Positions 44,647-54,734 of a stretch of DNA of 64,000 nucleotides are shown piece after piece. Below the pieces are notes generated by a model, which had not been told where the DNA came from, searched no databases, and saw only the letters and a list, made by a program, of their open reading frames with translations. The translations under genes and the position numbers were made by a program. Source of the DNA: Verrucomicrobiota bacterium (GTDB lineage Bacteria > Verrucomicrobiota > Verrucomicrobiia > Limisphaerales > UBA11358). Each line of letters starts with the position of its first letter. Within the stretch, counting starts at the first letter, position 1. The stretch is taken from positions 13,970 to 77,969 of the forward strand of contig JBEKYY010000021.1 in the NCBI GenBank assembly GCA_049510395.1, written 5' to 3'.

Positions 44647-44850
44647 AAAAGGAAAGGCAGGGTAAGAACTTTGATAGGGCGCGTCATTTCCGCCTTCATC
44701 AGATTTCGGCGAGACAAGCCGTGCGCGCCGTTTTGCTTTCAATAAAGAATCTATGAAACCATGAACCGGCTTCGCTTCCGCCTTCTTGATTTCCTGGTTT
44801 CCTTATTTAATAATCCGTGCGTGCCCTACCGGCTGCACGAACGAAAAAAC

Positions 44851-46137
44851 CTAATTCAATGCCACGCCGCGGCGGACGTACGTCGGGATGTCAAGGTCTT
44901 CCCCCTTGTGAATTGTCGGCTCGCTTTTGTCAAAACGTCCCTTGGAAATGATCGCCAGCGACAACTGCGCCTGGCGCATTTTCGGATTGGATTTTCGCGC
45001 ACGAGTTCCGGCGTTTTTGGCCATCAACTGTTCGCGCTGCTCAGGTGTCAATGACGACGCTGACGAACCGCAACGCGAACCCGGCCGCGAAACCACGCCA
45101 CGCGCAGTCACTTGTTCACCTGAATCACCGGACGCCGTGAGGGGAGGCAAGTCCATGGGAATCGGGCCTGGTTTGGCCGCAATCACCGTCACGGACAAAC
45201 GGTTTTTCAGCGTTTCGTCCACGGCCGCGCCCATGATGATTTGCGCGTGTTCGCATTGACGGCCGATTTGTTCCATCACGCGATTCACCTCGGCCATGGC
45301 CAGTTCCTTCCCGCCCATCAGGCTGACCAGCACCGCGCTGGACTCGGCCAGCGCCCGGCCTTCGTCGAGCAGCGGATGCGCCACCAGTTTTTCGACGACC
45401 TCGCGCGCGCGCGCCGGACCGGTGGCTTCAACGCAGGCGAACACACTCTCGGAATGGCGGTCGCGCAGCAACACGCACAAATCGTCGAAATGAATCTGGA
45501 TCAAACCCTTCCGCGTGAGCAAACGCCAGACGCCGCGCACGCTTTCAACGAGCAGCCCGTCAGTGATGCGGAACGTGTCCAGTACGCTGGTGTTTTCATC
45601 AATCAATTTGAAGGTCTTCTGGCATGGCAGGCAGATGACGCCGTCGGCAACGGACTTGAGCTGGTCGAGTCCCGACTGTGCCTGCTGCTGGCGGCGGTTG
45701 CCCTCGCATGCGAACGGCAGCGTCACAAACGCCAGCACCAGCGCACCGGTTTCCTTCGCCGCGCGCGCGAGCACGGGGCTGATGCCGCTGCCCGCGCCGC
45801 CACCCAGACCGGCAATCACAAAAACGACATCCGCCCCTTCGCACGCGGTCTTGAGCGTGGCAAATTGTTCCTCGGCAATGGCGCGGCCGCGTTCCGGGTC
45901 GCCACCGGTGCCCAAGCCGCGCAGCAATTTCGTTTCGAGTTGAATTTTGATGGCAGCGGACGACGCCGCCAGCGATGACGTGTCGGTGTTGACCGCCGCA
46001 AAACCCGCGCCCGCAAAATCGTCGCCGGTCAACGTGTCGAGCATGGCAACACCGGCGCTGCCCACGCCGAAAATTTTCACCGCCGGGGCCCTGGCCGGCT
46101 CGAGCATTGCCGCTGGAGTCTGGGGTTTGGTTTTCAT
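44851..46137 (-). CDS. ftsZ: Cell division protein FtsZ
   Basis: IFGVGSAGVAMLD, AGLGGGAGSGISPVLA (a variant of the GGGTGTG tubulin signature), LPFACEGNRR, and the C-terminal DIPTYVRRG peptide. Confidence 0.9.
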   Translation of the reverse strand: MKTKPQTPAAMLEPARAPAVKIFGVGSAGVAMLDTLTGDDFAGAGFAAVNTDTSSLAASSAAIKIQLETKLLRGLGTGGDPERGRAIAEEQFATLKTACEGADVVFVIAGLGGGAGSGISPVLARAAKETGALVLAFVTLPFACEGNRRQQQAQSGLDQLKSVADGVICLPCQKTFKLIDENTSVLDTFRITDGLLVESVRGVWRLLTRKGLIQIHFDDLCVLLRDRHSESVFACVEATGPARAREVVEKLVAHPLLDEGRALAESSAVLVSLMGGKELAMAEVNRVMEQIGRQCEHAQIIMGAAVDETLKNRLSVTVIAAKPGPIPMDLPPLTASGDSGEQVTARGVVSRPGSRCGSSASSLTPEQREQLMAKNAGTRARKSNPKMRQAQLSLAIISKGRFDKSEPTIHKGEDLDIPTYVRRGVALN

Positions 46138-46149
46138 GATGAATTGGAT

Positions 46150-47373
46150 TTAGGAGCGGCGCAATAAACTGGCGATGGTGCCCTTGATTCCCTGCGCCAG
46201 GGACGGTTTGCCCTCGCGTTTGCGGGTTTTGAACGAACCGAATTTGACGAGGCCGATGGCGCTGACAAATTCCGGCTGGTCGAGCGCGGATTTCAGGCCG
46301 CTGATGGAATTGGTCTGGCCGAGCGACACCGGCATTTGCATCACCTGCTCGGCCAGCGCCGCTATTTGCGGAACGCGGGCACAACCGCCGCACAGAAAAA
46401 CACCCGTACGCAGATAATCGAAGAGTCCGGCCTGCTCCAAGTCCTGCGCGACCAGCTGGAAGATTTCCTCGAGCCGCAGCGACATGATGCGGCGCAGGTG
46501 TTCGACATTGACCGTTTTCAGCGGCAGGCCGAGTTCGTTCGTGATGGTAATTGTCTGACCTTTGATTTCCTTGTCCACCAGCGCCGAGCCATGTTCGAGC
46601 TTGAGTTTTTCGGCGCGGCTCAAGGGCACTTTCAGGCCGTAAGCCAGGTCGTTGGAAACATGATCTCCGCCAATCGCCAGCACGCCCGTGTGCCGGATGA
46701 CGCCATTGGTGTAAACAACGTAGTCCGTCGTGCCACCGCCGATGTCAATGACCAGCGCGCCCAGTTCCTTCTGTTCGTTGGACAGCAGCGCGAGCGACGA
46801 CGCCAGGCCATTGAAAACAATTTCATCCACTTCCAACTGCAAACCTTTGACAAGGCGGATGGCGTTTTGGAGACGGTTCGTGTTGCCGTGAACGACGTGG
46901 ACGTCCACTTCGAGCCGCGAACCGAGCATCCCGACGGGATTCGTGACACCGGCCTGGCCGTCCACAAAAAAATGCTGGCGGATGGCGTGAACCACGTTGT
47001 TTTCCGTCGGCAAATTGATTGCCTTCGCGTTTTTAACCACGTCCTGCACGTCGTCTTCGGAAATTTCGCGGTCGGCGGAAACCACCGGATGCACGCCGCG
47101 ATTGTTGAAGCCGCGGATGTGCGCGCCGGTGACGCCGAGATAAACGTTCCGGATTTCCACGTCGGCCATCTGCTCGGCCTCGACGATGGCGTTGCGCACG
47201 TCCTCCTCGGCCTGCGTGGTGTCCACGATCTCGCCCTTGCGCACGCCGCGTGAGCGCGCCTGGCCGAGACCGATGACATTCAGTGAGCCGTCGGTGTTTC
47301 GCTCGCCGACGACGGCGCAGACTTTGGACGTGCCGATTTCCAAACCGACGATGATGGATGAATCATCAAACAT
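46150..47373 (-). CDS. ftsA: Cell division protein FtsA
   Basis: Actin-like ATPase: IVGLEIGTSKVCAVV, VIDIGGGTTDY, GGCARVPQI. Confidence 0.9.
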   Translation of the reverse strand: MFDDSSIIVGLEIGTSKVCAVVGERNTDGSLNVIGLGQARSRGVRKGEIVDTTQAEEDVRNAIVEAEQMADVEIRNVYLGVTGAHIRGFNNRGVHPVVSADREISEDDVQDVVKNAKAINLPTENNVVHAIRQHFFVDGQAGVTNPVGMLGSRLEVDVHVVHGNTNRLQNAIRLVKGLQLEVDEIVFNGLASSLALLSNEQKELGALVIDIGGGTTDYVVYTNGVIRHTGVLAIGGDHVSNDLAYGLKVPLSRAEKLKLEHGSALVDKEIKGQTITITNELGLPLKTVNVEHLRRIMSLRLEEIFQLVAQDLEQAGLFDYLRTGVFLCGGCARVPQIAALAEQVMQMPVSLGQTNSISGLKSALDQPEFVSAIGLVKFGSFKTRKREGKPSLAQGIKGTIASLLRRS

Positions 47374-47374
47374 T

Positions 47375-48331
47375 TTACCTCCGGGTATGTGCGGGGTTAA
47401 CTGTCCTGGGCGATGCGGACGGCACCGCGACAGCTTCCATCCAGCGAACTGGAACGTTGTTGGAAACCGCCAGATTGAGCGACGCCACCGCTTTGTTCAT
47501 GCGCTGTCCCAAATCGTAAATTTCACGCCAACGCCGCAATTGTTGCTCCAAATTGTTCAAACCGAAAGTTATTTCGCCGCTCTGACCCGTCGTCGCAACC
47601 ACGACTCCCGGCAGGGACACATCAACGCGCCGCAAATCCACCAGCCCGGCCATCGGGGAATGGCCGAACGCGCCGATCAATGCCAGCGCCGCCTGCACTT
47701 GCGGCGATTCGACGCGATGGCCTGATTGCAATTGATACACATTCAGTCCGGAAATCACCGGCAACTGGCTGTTCACCTGCGCCAGCGGAATCACGCACAA
47801 CCGCGGGTCCAGCGGTTGCATGACATAGCCGTCGGCATCGAGTTGGAACACCTCCACGGCAATGCCGCCCGCCGCGCCGGCGCGCGGGATGTCCACCTGG
47901 GCCACCGGCTCGCGTTCCATCACGCTGATTTTCAACGTGCGCGGCAGGACACGCTCAATGGAGACGGACCCGATGATGGAAACGAGTTCCAGATTCCGCT
48001 TCACCGCCGTCAAATCGAGCGCAATCAAATTGTCGCCCAGCTTCACCTTCGACCACCGGCGCAATTGGTCCGGCGCAATCACGCCATCGGTCTTCACCTC
48101 GACGTGTTGAATGGCGAATTCGGAGTTTTCGTAAACAAATTTGTCCAGCGCCCACTCGCCCGTGCGCCAGAGCAGATAAAGACCGAACACCGTGCCGAAC
48201 AGGATGCCCACCGTCAGCACTGCCAGCCGCGTGCGCGTCGCGCGCACCCGGTCGGAACGCAGCTTCACGTCAAGGACATGAAGGCGGTGCAACCGCCGGT
48301 TTTTTTGTTCGCGCCTAAACCACATATCCAT
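47375..48331 (-). CDS. ftsQ: Cell division protein FtsQ (POTRA domain)
   Basis: An N-terminal TM segment followed by a POTRA-like IQHVEVKTDGVIAPDQLRRWSKVKLGDNLIALDL. It sits between ddl and ftsA. Confidence 0.8.
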   Translation of the reverse strand: MDMWFRREQKNRRLHRLHVLDVKLRSDRVRATRTRLAVLTVGILFGTVFGLYLLWRTGEWALDKFVYENSEFAIQHVEVKTDGVIAPDQLRRWSKVKLGDNLIALDLTAVKRNLELVSIIGSVSIERVLPRTLKISVMEREPVAQVDIPRAGAAGGIAVEVFQLDADGYVMQPLDPRLCVIPLAQVNSQLPVISGLNVYQLQSGHRVESPQVQAALALIGAFGHSPMAGLVDLRRVDVSLPGVVVATTGQSGEITFGLNNLEQQLRRWREIYDLGQRMNKAVASLNLAVSNNVPVRWMEAVAVPSASPRTVNPAHTRR

Positions 48332-48398
48332 TTCCCGTAGCCGCGCTTGTAAAAGCGCGGATAAATCTATCCAACGATCCGCGTTCTCACGAACGCGG

Positions 48399-49313
48399 CT
48401 ACACCGCCACCACTTTCCGTTTCAACGCCAGGTCCACCATCCGCTGGCAAAGCTGCGCGTAATTCAGCCCCGCCGCCGCCGCCGCCTTCGGCAACAAACT
48501 CGTTTCCGTCATCCCGGGCAATGTGTTCACTTCCAGCACCATCGGTTCGCCGCTGGCGCGCACCATCACATCCACGCGCGCATAATCGCGACCGCCAACC
48601 GCCTTGAACGCGCCGAGCGCCGCCGACTGAATTCGTTTCGCCGTTGCGGAATCAAAATCTGCCGGACAAAAATACTCCGTGCAACCGGCCGTGTATTTGT
48701 TTTTGTAATCGTAACCGCCGGTTTTGGGCCGGACTTCCACCACCGGCAGCGGCTCGCCGCCCAGAATACCGACTGTTGTTTCGCGGCCAACAATTTTTTC
48801 CTCAACCAAAACTTCCGAATCAAATTTCAGAACTTCCGCCAGCGCATTCTGCCAATCCTCGACCTGCTCGACGAATTGCAACCCGACACTCGACCCCTGC
48901 CGCACCGGTTTCACCACCAACGGCGGCTGCCAGTTTTTCGGCCACGGGGCGGTTTTGGAATTCACGACCAGAAATTTTGCCGTCGGAACTTTGGCTTCCA
49001 AGCACCGTTTTTTCGTCAGCACTTTGTCAAATGCGATGCGGCTCGATTCGGCGTCACAGCCGGTGTAAATCGCGCCAAGTTCGTCCAGCCGCTGTTGCAC
49101 CGTGCCGTCCTCGCCGTAGGTCCCGTGCAACGCGAGAAAAACCACATCGGTCTTTGGCGGCAGACTCCACGACCCGTTGCGCGGATCGAGTTCATGAACT
49201 TCGTGTCCCAGCGAGCGCAACGCCTTGGCCACCGCCGCGCCGGAACGCAGTGACACCTCGCGTTCCGCACTCGGCCCGCCTAGCATCACGGTGATTTTTA
49301 GTTTGCCACTCAT
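48399..49313 (-). CDS. ddl: D-alanine--D-alanine ligase
   Basis: GGPSAEREVSLRSG, LHGTYGEDGTVQ, LEVNTLPGMT. Confidence 0.9.
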   Translation of the reverse strand: MSGKLKITVMLGGPSAEREVSLRSGAAVAKALRSLGHEVHELDPRNGSWSLPPKTDVVFLALHGTYGEDGTVQQRLDELGAIYTGCDAESSRIAFDKVLTKKRCLEAKVPTAKFLVVNSKTAPWPKNWQPPLVVKPVRQGSSVGLQFVEQVEDWQNALAEVLKFDSEVLVEEKIVGRETTVGILGGEPLPVVEVRPKTGGYDYKNKYTAGCTEYFCPADFDSATAKRIQSAALGAFKAVGGRDYARVDVMVRASGEPMVLEVNTLPGMTETSLLPKAAAAAGLNYAQLCQRMVDLALKRKVVAV

Positions 49314-50227
49314 TTCTCGCCGATGATTTCAATCTCCAGCTGCAATTCGATGCCGCGTTCGGCTTTCACGCGTTGTTGCAAAATCGCAATCAATTCCAGA
49401 ACTTCCCGCGCCGTTGCATTGCCGTCGTTCACAATAAAATTTCCGTGCTCGGCGGAAACCACCGCCCCGCCGACGCGCGTGCCTTTCAATCCCAGCTCGT
49501 CAATCAATTTGCCCGCCGGAATTTTTTCAGGATTTTTGAACAGGCAACCAGCGCTCGGCGCGATCGGCTGCGATGCCCACCGTTTCTCGCTGAACGCCTT
49601 CATGCGCTTCTCGATTTCCTCGCGTGGCGCGGATTTGCACTTGAATACCGCGCCCAGCGCAATGTGATTTTTCAGCAGTGGACAGCAGCGATATTCCACC
49701 GGCATTCCGGCACGACTGCGTTCGTGGATTTTTCCAGCATGATCCATGAACCGCACCGACTCGATGACATCGAACGTCGCGCCGCCCATCGCGCCCGCGT
49801 TCATGCGCAGCGCGCCGCCAACGCTGCCAGGAATGCCTTCGAGAAACTCAACGCCGGCCAGGCCGTTTCGTTTTGCCTCGACCGCAACATTTTTTAATTT
49901 CGCTCCCGCACCACAACGCAAACGTTCGCCGGCAACCACAATGCGGCTGAAATTCGCCTGTGCCAGACAAATCACCACGCCGCGAACACCGCCGTCGCGC
50001 ACGAGCAGGTTCGAGCCGCGGCCAATCACGATAAATGGCAGGCTGCGCTCCCGGCAAAACTTCACCACCGCGGCCAGGTCCGTCTCCGATGCCGGCTCGA
50101 CGTACACGTCCGCCGGCCCGCCAATGCGCAGGGTGGTGTGCTTCACCAGCGGTTCGTCACGGCAAATGTCTGTCGCCAGCGAAACGCGTCCGGCCAGCTC
50201 GCCGGCAATTTGCGCCCCGGTTTTCAT
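49310..50227 (-). CDS. murB: UDP-N-acetylenolpyruvoylglucosamine reductase
   Basis: TTLRIGGPA, GRGSNLLV, SAGCLFKNP. Confidence 0.9.
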   Translation of the reverse strand: MKTGAQIAGELAGRVSLATDICRDEPLVKHTTLRIGGPADVYVEPASETDLAAVVKFCRERSLPFIVIGRGSNLLVRDGGVRGVVICLAQANFSRIVVAGERLRCGAGAKLKNVAVEAKRNGLAGVEFLEGIPGSVGGALRMNAGAMGGATFDVIESVRFMDHAGKIHERSRAGMPVEYRCCPLLKNHIALGAVFKCKSAPREEIEKRMKAFSEKRWASQPIAPSAGCLFKNPEKIPAGKLIDELGLKGTRVGGAVVSAEHGNFIVNDGNATAREVLELIAILQQRVKAERGIELQLEIEIIGEK

Positions 50228-50255
50228 TGGCCATTTGAAATGGAAACGGTCAACG

Positions 50256-51443
50256 TCATGCGCCTAGTGACACCGCCTGCTTCATGGATTTGTCAGCACA
50301 ACCGCAGGAACATTTTGACGCCGGCGCCACTGCCTGCTCTTTTTGCCGCGCAATGGCAGCCAGCATGATTTCCGCGATTTGCTCCGCCGCTTTGGGCGCG
50401 TGCCATTGCGCCAGCGCAGCCTGAATTTTTGTGCGGGTGGCCTGGCCTTCAACCAGCTCACACAGCAAAGCAACAAGCTTTTCCGGTGTCGCATTTTTTT
50501 GCTCGAGCAATCGCGCCGCGCCGGTGACTTCAAACGCGCGCGCATTGTGAAATTGATGATTGTCCGCCGCAGCCGGAAATGGCACGAGTAACGCCGGCAG
50601 GCGCATGGCGGCAATTTCCGCAAGCGACGATGCGCCGGCACGGCTCACGGCCGCGGTCGCCGCGCCGAGAGCCAGATCCATTTTCGCAAAAAAAGGTTTC
50701 ACAACGGCGTCGAGGCGGCGCTTGTCATAGGCGGATTGTACGAGTTCAAAATCTTTTGCGCCGGCAAGATGCAGCCATTGCCAGTCGCGCCCGTCGAGCA
50801 GCGTCAGCGCCGACAAAATCATTTCGTTGATACCACTGGCGCCCTGGCTGCCGCCCATCACCAGAACGGTCGGACGATTTGGTTCAAGTCCGAATGCAGC
50901 GCGGCACGGTGCCGGGTAGCCCGGTTGAAATTGCGGGCGGACCGGCGTGCCGGTCGGGGTAACTTTACGGGCGTGCAGACGGTCGGCGGCGTCAGGAAAA
51001 CCAACGAACACCTCGTCCACAAACCGGGCCAGAAAGCGGTTGGCGCGGCCGGGGACGGTGTTGGATTCGTGCAAAAACGTCAGGGCGCCGAACTTCCGGG
51101 CCGCGAGGATGGGCGGCGCGCTGGTGAATCCGCCCATGGCGAGCACGGCGTGCGGCGGATGCGATTTGAATAATTTTCGCGACGCGCGCCACGATTGCCA
51201 GAAGCTGCGCGCAAACGAAAGGTAGTTGCGATTTTGCATCGCTACGGCGGGCAGCGTGACGATTTCCATGCCGCGCGCGGATTTCACGGCTTCCTGGTCC
51301 ACATCCTTGGGCGAAACCAGCAGGGCCACAGTGCAGCCGCGTTTCTGAAGTTGTTCCGCCACCGCCAGACCCGGAAACAGATGCCCGCCGGTGCCGCCGC
51401 AGGCGATGGCGACGAAGGGCGTGTTGGCTCCGGGTGAAGTCAT
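50256..51443 (-). CDS. murG: UDP-N-acetylglucosamine--LPS... lipid I N-acetylglucosamine transferase
   Basis: ATG at 51443 (ATGA overlap with the ftsW stop). ACGGTGGHLFPGLAVAEQL, GGSQGA. The 5' extension of track ORF 50256..51959 overlaps ftsW and I rejected it. Confidence 0.9.
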   Translation of the reverse strand: MTSPGANTPFVAIACGGTGGHLFPGLAVAEQLQKRGCTVALLVSPKDVDQEAVKSARGMEIVTLPAVAMQNRNYLSFARSFWQSWRASRKLFKSHPPHAVLAMGGFTSAPPILAARKFGALTFLHESNTVPGRANRFLARFVDEVFVGFPDAADRLHARKVTPTGTPVRPQFQPGYPAPCRAAFGLEPNRPTVLVMGGSQGASGINEMILSALTLLDGRDWQWLHLAGAKDFELVQSAYDKRRLDAVVKPFFAKMDLALGAATAAVSRAGASSLAEIAAMRLPALLVPFPAAADNHQFHNARAFEVTGAARLLEQKNATPEKLVALLCELVEGQATRTKIQAALAQWHAPKAAEQIAEIMLAAIARQKEQAVAPASKCSCGCADKSMKQAVSLGA

Positions 51444-52576
51444 GTGATGGCTTTGGCGGCAAAAGGATTCTCGTCGATGACAGGGGCGGTCGTCCGGGCC
51501 TTTTCCCGCGCGGGCGCATGACGGGCGATGCTGAACAACAGACCCACGCAAGTGAGCATGGCCAGCAGGTTCGAGCCGCCGTAGCTGATGAATGGCAGCG
51601 GCAGGCCTTTGTTCGGCAGCGCGCTGGTGACGACGCCGATGTTGATGGCGGCCTGAAGGCTGATTAAAAACGTGGCCCCGGCCGCCAGCAAACTGCCAAA
51701 CGGGTCGTGCGCACGGAGCGCAATGTAAATTCCGCAAATGGCGATTACGACAAACGCAAGAACGACGAGCAGCGTTGCGATCAAACCGAGTTCTTCGCCG
51801 ATGATTGAAAAAATAAAATCGGTGTGATCTTCCGGAACGAAACCGAGCTTTTGTCGTCCGTTGCCAAGACCGAGTCCTGTCCAGCCGCCGGAGCCAAGAG
51901 CAATCATGGCCTGATACGCCTGATAACCAACGCCGTCCTTGTGCTGTTCCATGTCCCACCAGCCGAAAATGCGCCGCAGACGCATCGGGTCGTGCAAAAT
52001 GGAAACTGCCAGGCCGGCCACACCGAGCAGAAAGGGCAGAACAATATATTTCAAACGGACACCGGCGATGAGCAGCATCATGCCGCTGACGGCGGCGAGC
52101 AGTATGGTGGTGCCGCGATCTGGTTCAACGAAGACCAAACCGAGCATCAACGCAATGAGGGCGCCGGGAAAAAAGATGCCGCGTTTCCAGGTCTGCATCT
52201 GCCGCTGGTAACGGTCGCCATACCACGCGAGCATGGTGATCAGCGCGATTTTTCCGAGTTCGGACGGCTGAAAGCGCACGCCGTGAAAATCAACCCAGCG
52301 GCGTGCGCCATTGATTTTTCTGCCGATGTGCGGGACGAGCACCAGCACGAGCAGGAACAGCGTGAGGATGAAAATCGGCCCGGCGAATTTTTTGAGCCAT
52401 TGACAGTCGAGGGTGGTCGCCGCCACACAGAGGGTAAAGCCAAACGCGCACCAGATGAGTTGCATCATCAGGTAGTGCCCGCCGACTTGCGTCACACTCG
52501 AGCTGTAGAGCATCACCAGCCCCAGCGCCAGCAGGGCGGCGACGCAAAATGCCAAAGTTGTGACGGCGACTTTCAT
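51440..52576 (-). CDS. ftsW: FtsW/RodA/SpoVE family peptidoglycan polymerase
   Basis: About 10 TM helices. QPSELGK, TDFIFSIIGEELG, PFISYGGSN. Confidence 0.9.
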   Translation of the reverse strand: MKVAVTTLAFCVAALLALGLVMLYSSSVTQVGGHYLMMQLIWCAFGFTLCVAATTLDCQWLKKFAGPIFILTLFLLVLVLVPHIGRKINGARRWVDFHGVRFQPSELGKIALITMLAWYGDRYQRQMQTWKRGIFFPGALIALMLGLVFVEPDRGTTILLAAVSGMMLLIAGVRLKYIVLPFLLGVAGLAVSILHDPMRLRRIFGWWDMEQHKDGVGYQAYQAMIALGSGGWTGLGLGNGRQKLGFVPEDHTDFIFSIIGEELGLIATLLVVLAFVVIAICGIYIALRAHDPFGSLLAAGATFLISLQAAINIGVVTSALPNKGLPLPFISYGGSNLLAMLTCVGLLFSIARHAPAREKARTTAPVIDENPFAAKAIT

Positions 52577-52628
52577 TTCTATGCATCAAAATCCCACAAA
52601 GCGGGACCAGCCGCTATCAGTCCGGCGC

Positions 52629-53312
52629 TTATTGGCCGGAAGGTGTGCCGGCAGGCGCGGGCGCAACTGGAGCCGCAGCTTCGGCTTTTGCCGGAATCTT
52701 CAGCTTCTGGCCGACCTTGATGTGGTCCGTGTTCAGATTGTTTTCGGCTTTGATCGCCTTGACCGTTGTGCCGTGCGCCTTCGCAATTTTTGTCAGCGAA
52801 TCGCCGGATTTCACCGTGTAAGTTTCGCCACCCATGCCGGTGTCGGGCGCGACGGAAGCGCCGCTCGCTGCCGGGGCCGTGCCGCCGGCCGGAATGGTCA
52901 GTTTCTGTCCGATTTTCAACTTGGTCGGCTCAACGCCGGGGTTGGCCGCTTTAAGCGCACTGAGCGTCACGCCATTCTTCTTTGCAATTTTCCCGAGCGT
53001 GTCGCCGTGGACGACGACGTATTCGGTCCCGGGTTGCGCCACGGGCGGCTGCACCACGACCAGCGGCGGCGCCACCGGGGCATTGGACGCTTCCATTGGT
53101 GGCGGATTCGTATCCATGACCACCATGTTGGTATCAGCCGATGGCGGCGCTTCGCTGATCTGTTCGCGTTTGCAGCCCTGAATGAGCATGGCGGTCAGGC
53201 CGACAACTCCAACCAGGAGCACGCAAAACACGCCGAGTCTCATGTGCAAACGGCGTTTGCTTTGCTGCTCCAACAGGGAGCCTTGGGGTACAAATGGGTT
53301 CGGATTATTCAT
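52629..53312 (-). CDS. LysM-domain peptidoglycan-binding membrane protein
   Basis: ATG at 53312. A TM anchor and two LysM repeats: [28 protein letters not shown]...GQKLTIP and [28 protein letters not shown]...GQKLKIP. Confidence 0.8.
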   Translation of the reverse strand: MNNPNPFVPQGSLLEQQSKRRLHMRLGVFCVLLVGVVGLTAMLIQGCKREQISEAPPSADTNMVVMDTNPPPMEASNAPVAPPLVVVQPPVAQPGTEYVVVHGDTLGKIAKKNGVTLSALKAANPGVEPTKLKIGQKLTIPAGGTAPAASGASVAPDTGMGGETYTVKSGDSLTKIAKAHGTTVKAIKAENNLNTDHIKVGQKLKIPAKAEAAAPVAPAPAGTPSGQ

Positions 53313-53573
53313 TGATTTGGCGCTGATTGCGTCCTTTCTTCGAGGTGGGTTGATTTTTTCGCAGCGAAATTTTCCCTCGGCAAATTCCACGGCGCGTTAA
53401 ATTCATTTTGTTCATTGGTGACAGGCCAAAGGCTTCGCAAAATTTCAAACCGGCTGGTAAAACGAACACTCCACCGGCCATTGCGTGTCTGGCCGCTGCC
53501 ACCAAAGTTATTAACAGCCGGAGGCCGCTTGTGCAAGGAGCAAAGCGCAAATTATTCAATGTCGGTGCCGCTT

Positions 53574-54725
53574 TCATCTCAGTTTCAAAGTGGCCAAGGC
53601 GACGACCGCAAACAGCACGCACAAAATGTAAAATCGCATCACCACTTGTGACTCGTACCAGCCCTTTTTCTCGAAATGATGATGCAGCGGCGCCATCAAA
53701 AAAATCCGCCGGCCGGTGCCGTAAAACTTCCGTGTGAAGCGAAACCAGCCGGTCTGCAAAATCACCGAAACGGCTTCCAGCACGAACACGCCGCCGGCAA
53801 TCACCAGCACGAACGGCTGATGAATCAGCACCGCGATGATGCCGAACGCGCCGCCGAGCGCGAGCGATCCTGTGTCGCCCATGAACACCTGCGCCGGATG
53901 GCAGTTGAACCACAAAAAACCCAGCCCGGCGCCCATCAGGGCCGAGCAGAACACCGTCAATTCGCCCGCACCGGGCACATAAGGAATTTGCAAATAGCCC
54001 GCCGCCTTGATGTTGCCCGCGACATAAGTGAACACCAGAAAGACGAAGCCGACAATCAACGTGCAGCCAATCGCCAGACCGTCGAGGCCGTCCGTCAAAT
54101 TCACCGCATTCGAGCTGCCGACAATCGCCAGCACTACAATCAGCAAACCGATCAAGCCTGCGCCCGTTGCCACCGGATGTTTGCAAAACGGAAGCATGAC
54201 CTCCGAAACCAGTTTGCTCGTCGAAGGTGTCATCAACAAATAGACGCCAATAAACGTTGCCAGCGCAAATTGCGCCACCAACTTGACGCGCGGCGGGGTC
54301 CCGCCACCGGTTTGCTGGATGATTTTTGCGTAATCGTCGTAAAATCCCAGCCCCGACAGCACCAGCACCGAGAGCAGCGTCAACAGCACCAGCTTGTTGT
54401 CCAATTGCGTCCACAGCACGGTGGAAATAAACAACACCGCCACAATCAAAATGCCGCCCATCGTCGGCGTTCCTTTTTTGCTCAAAACCCGCGCGGCCAG
54501 ACCGCCGGCCTCCTCGGCCCGGTCCGTATAGTCCTGGCCGAATTTCAACTGTTTCAGCCAGTGAATGATTCTCGGGCCGAGCCACCAGCTCAGCATCAAT
54601 GCCGTGATCGCCGCGCCCGCGCTCCGCACCGTGATGTAATGAAACAGCCGCAATGCCGAGAGGTGGCCCGCCCAGGGCGTTCCCTTCGACCAATCGAGCA
54701 AATGCTGGCTTAAATAATAAAACAT
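53574..54725 (-). CDS. mraY: Phospho-N-acetylmuramoyl-pentapeptide transferase
   Basis: KKGTPTMGG, NAVNLTDGLDGLA, FMGDTGSLALGG, PLHHHFE. Confidence 0.95.
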   Translation of the reverse strand: MFYYLSQHLLDWSKGTPWAGHLSALRLFHYITVRSAGAAITALMLSWWLGPRIIHWLKQLKFGQDYTDRAEEAGGLAARVLSKKGTPTMGGILIVAVLFISTVLWTQLDNKLVLLTLLSVLVLSGLGFYDDYAKIIQQTGGGTPPRVKLVAQFALATFIGVYLLMTPSTSKLVSEVMLPFCKHPVATGAGLIGLLIVVLAIVGSSNAVNLTDGLDGLAIGCTLIVGFVFLVFTYVAGNIKAAGYLQIPYVPGAGELTVFCSALMGAGLGFLWFNCHPAQVFMGDTGSLALGGAFGIIAVLIHQPFVLVIAGGVFVLEAVSVILQTGWFRFTRKFYGTGRRIFLMAPLHHHFEKKGWYESQVVMRFYILCVLFAVVALATLKLR

Positions 54726-54734
54726 TGTTCCGGT

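Noticed and set aside
50256-51959. 567-aa version of murG
   Set aside because: The N-terminal 172 codons overlap ftsW in another frame and are Arg-rich. The conserved MurG N-terminus (GGTGGHLFP) follows the ATG at 51443, which overlaps the ftsW stop.
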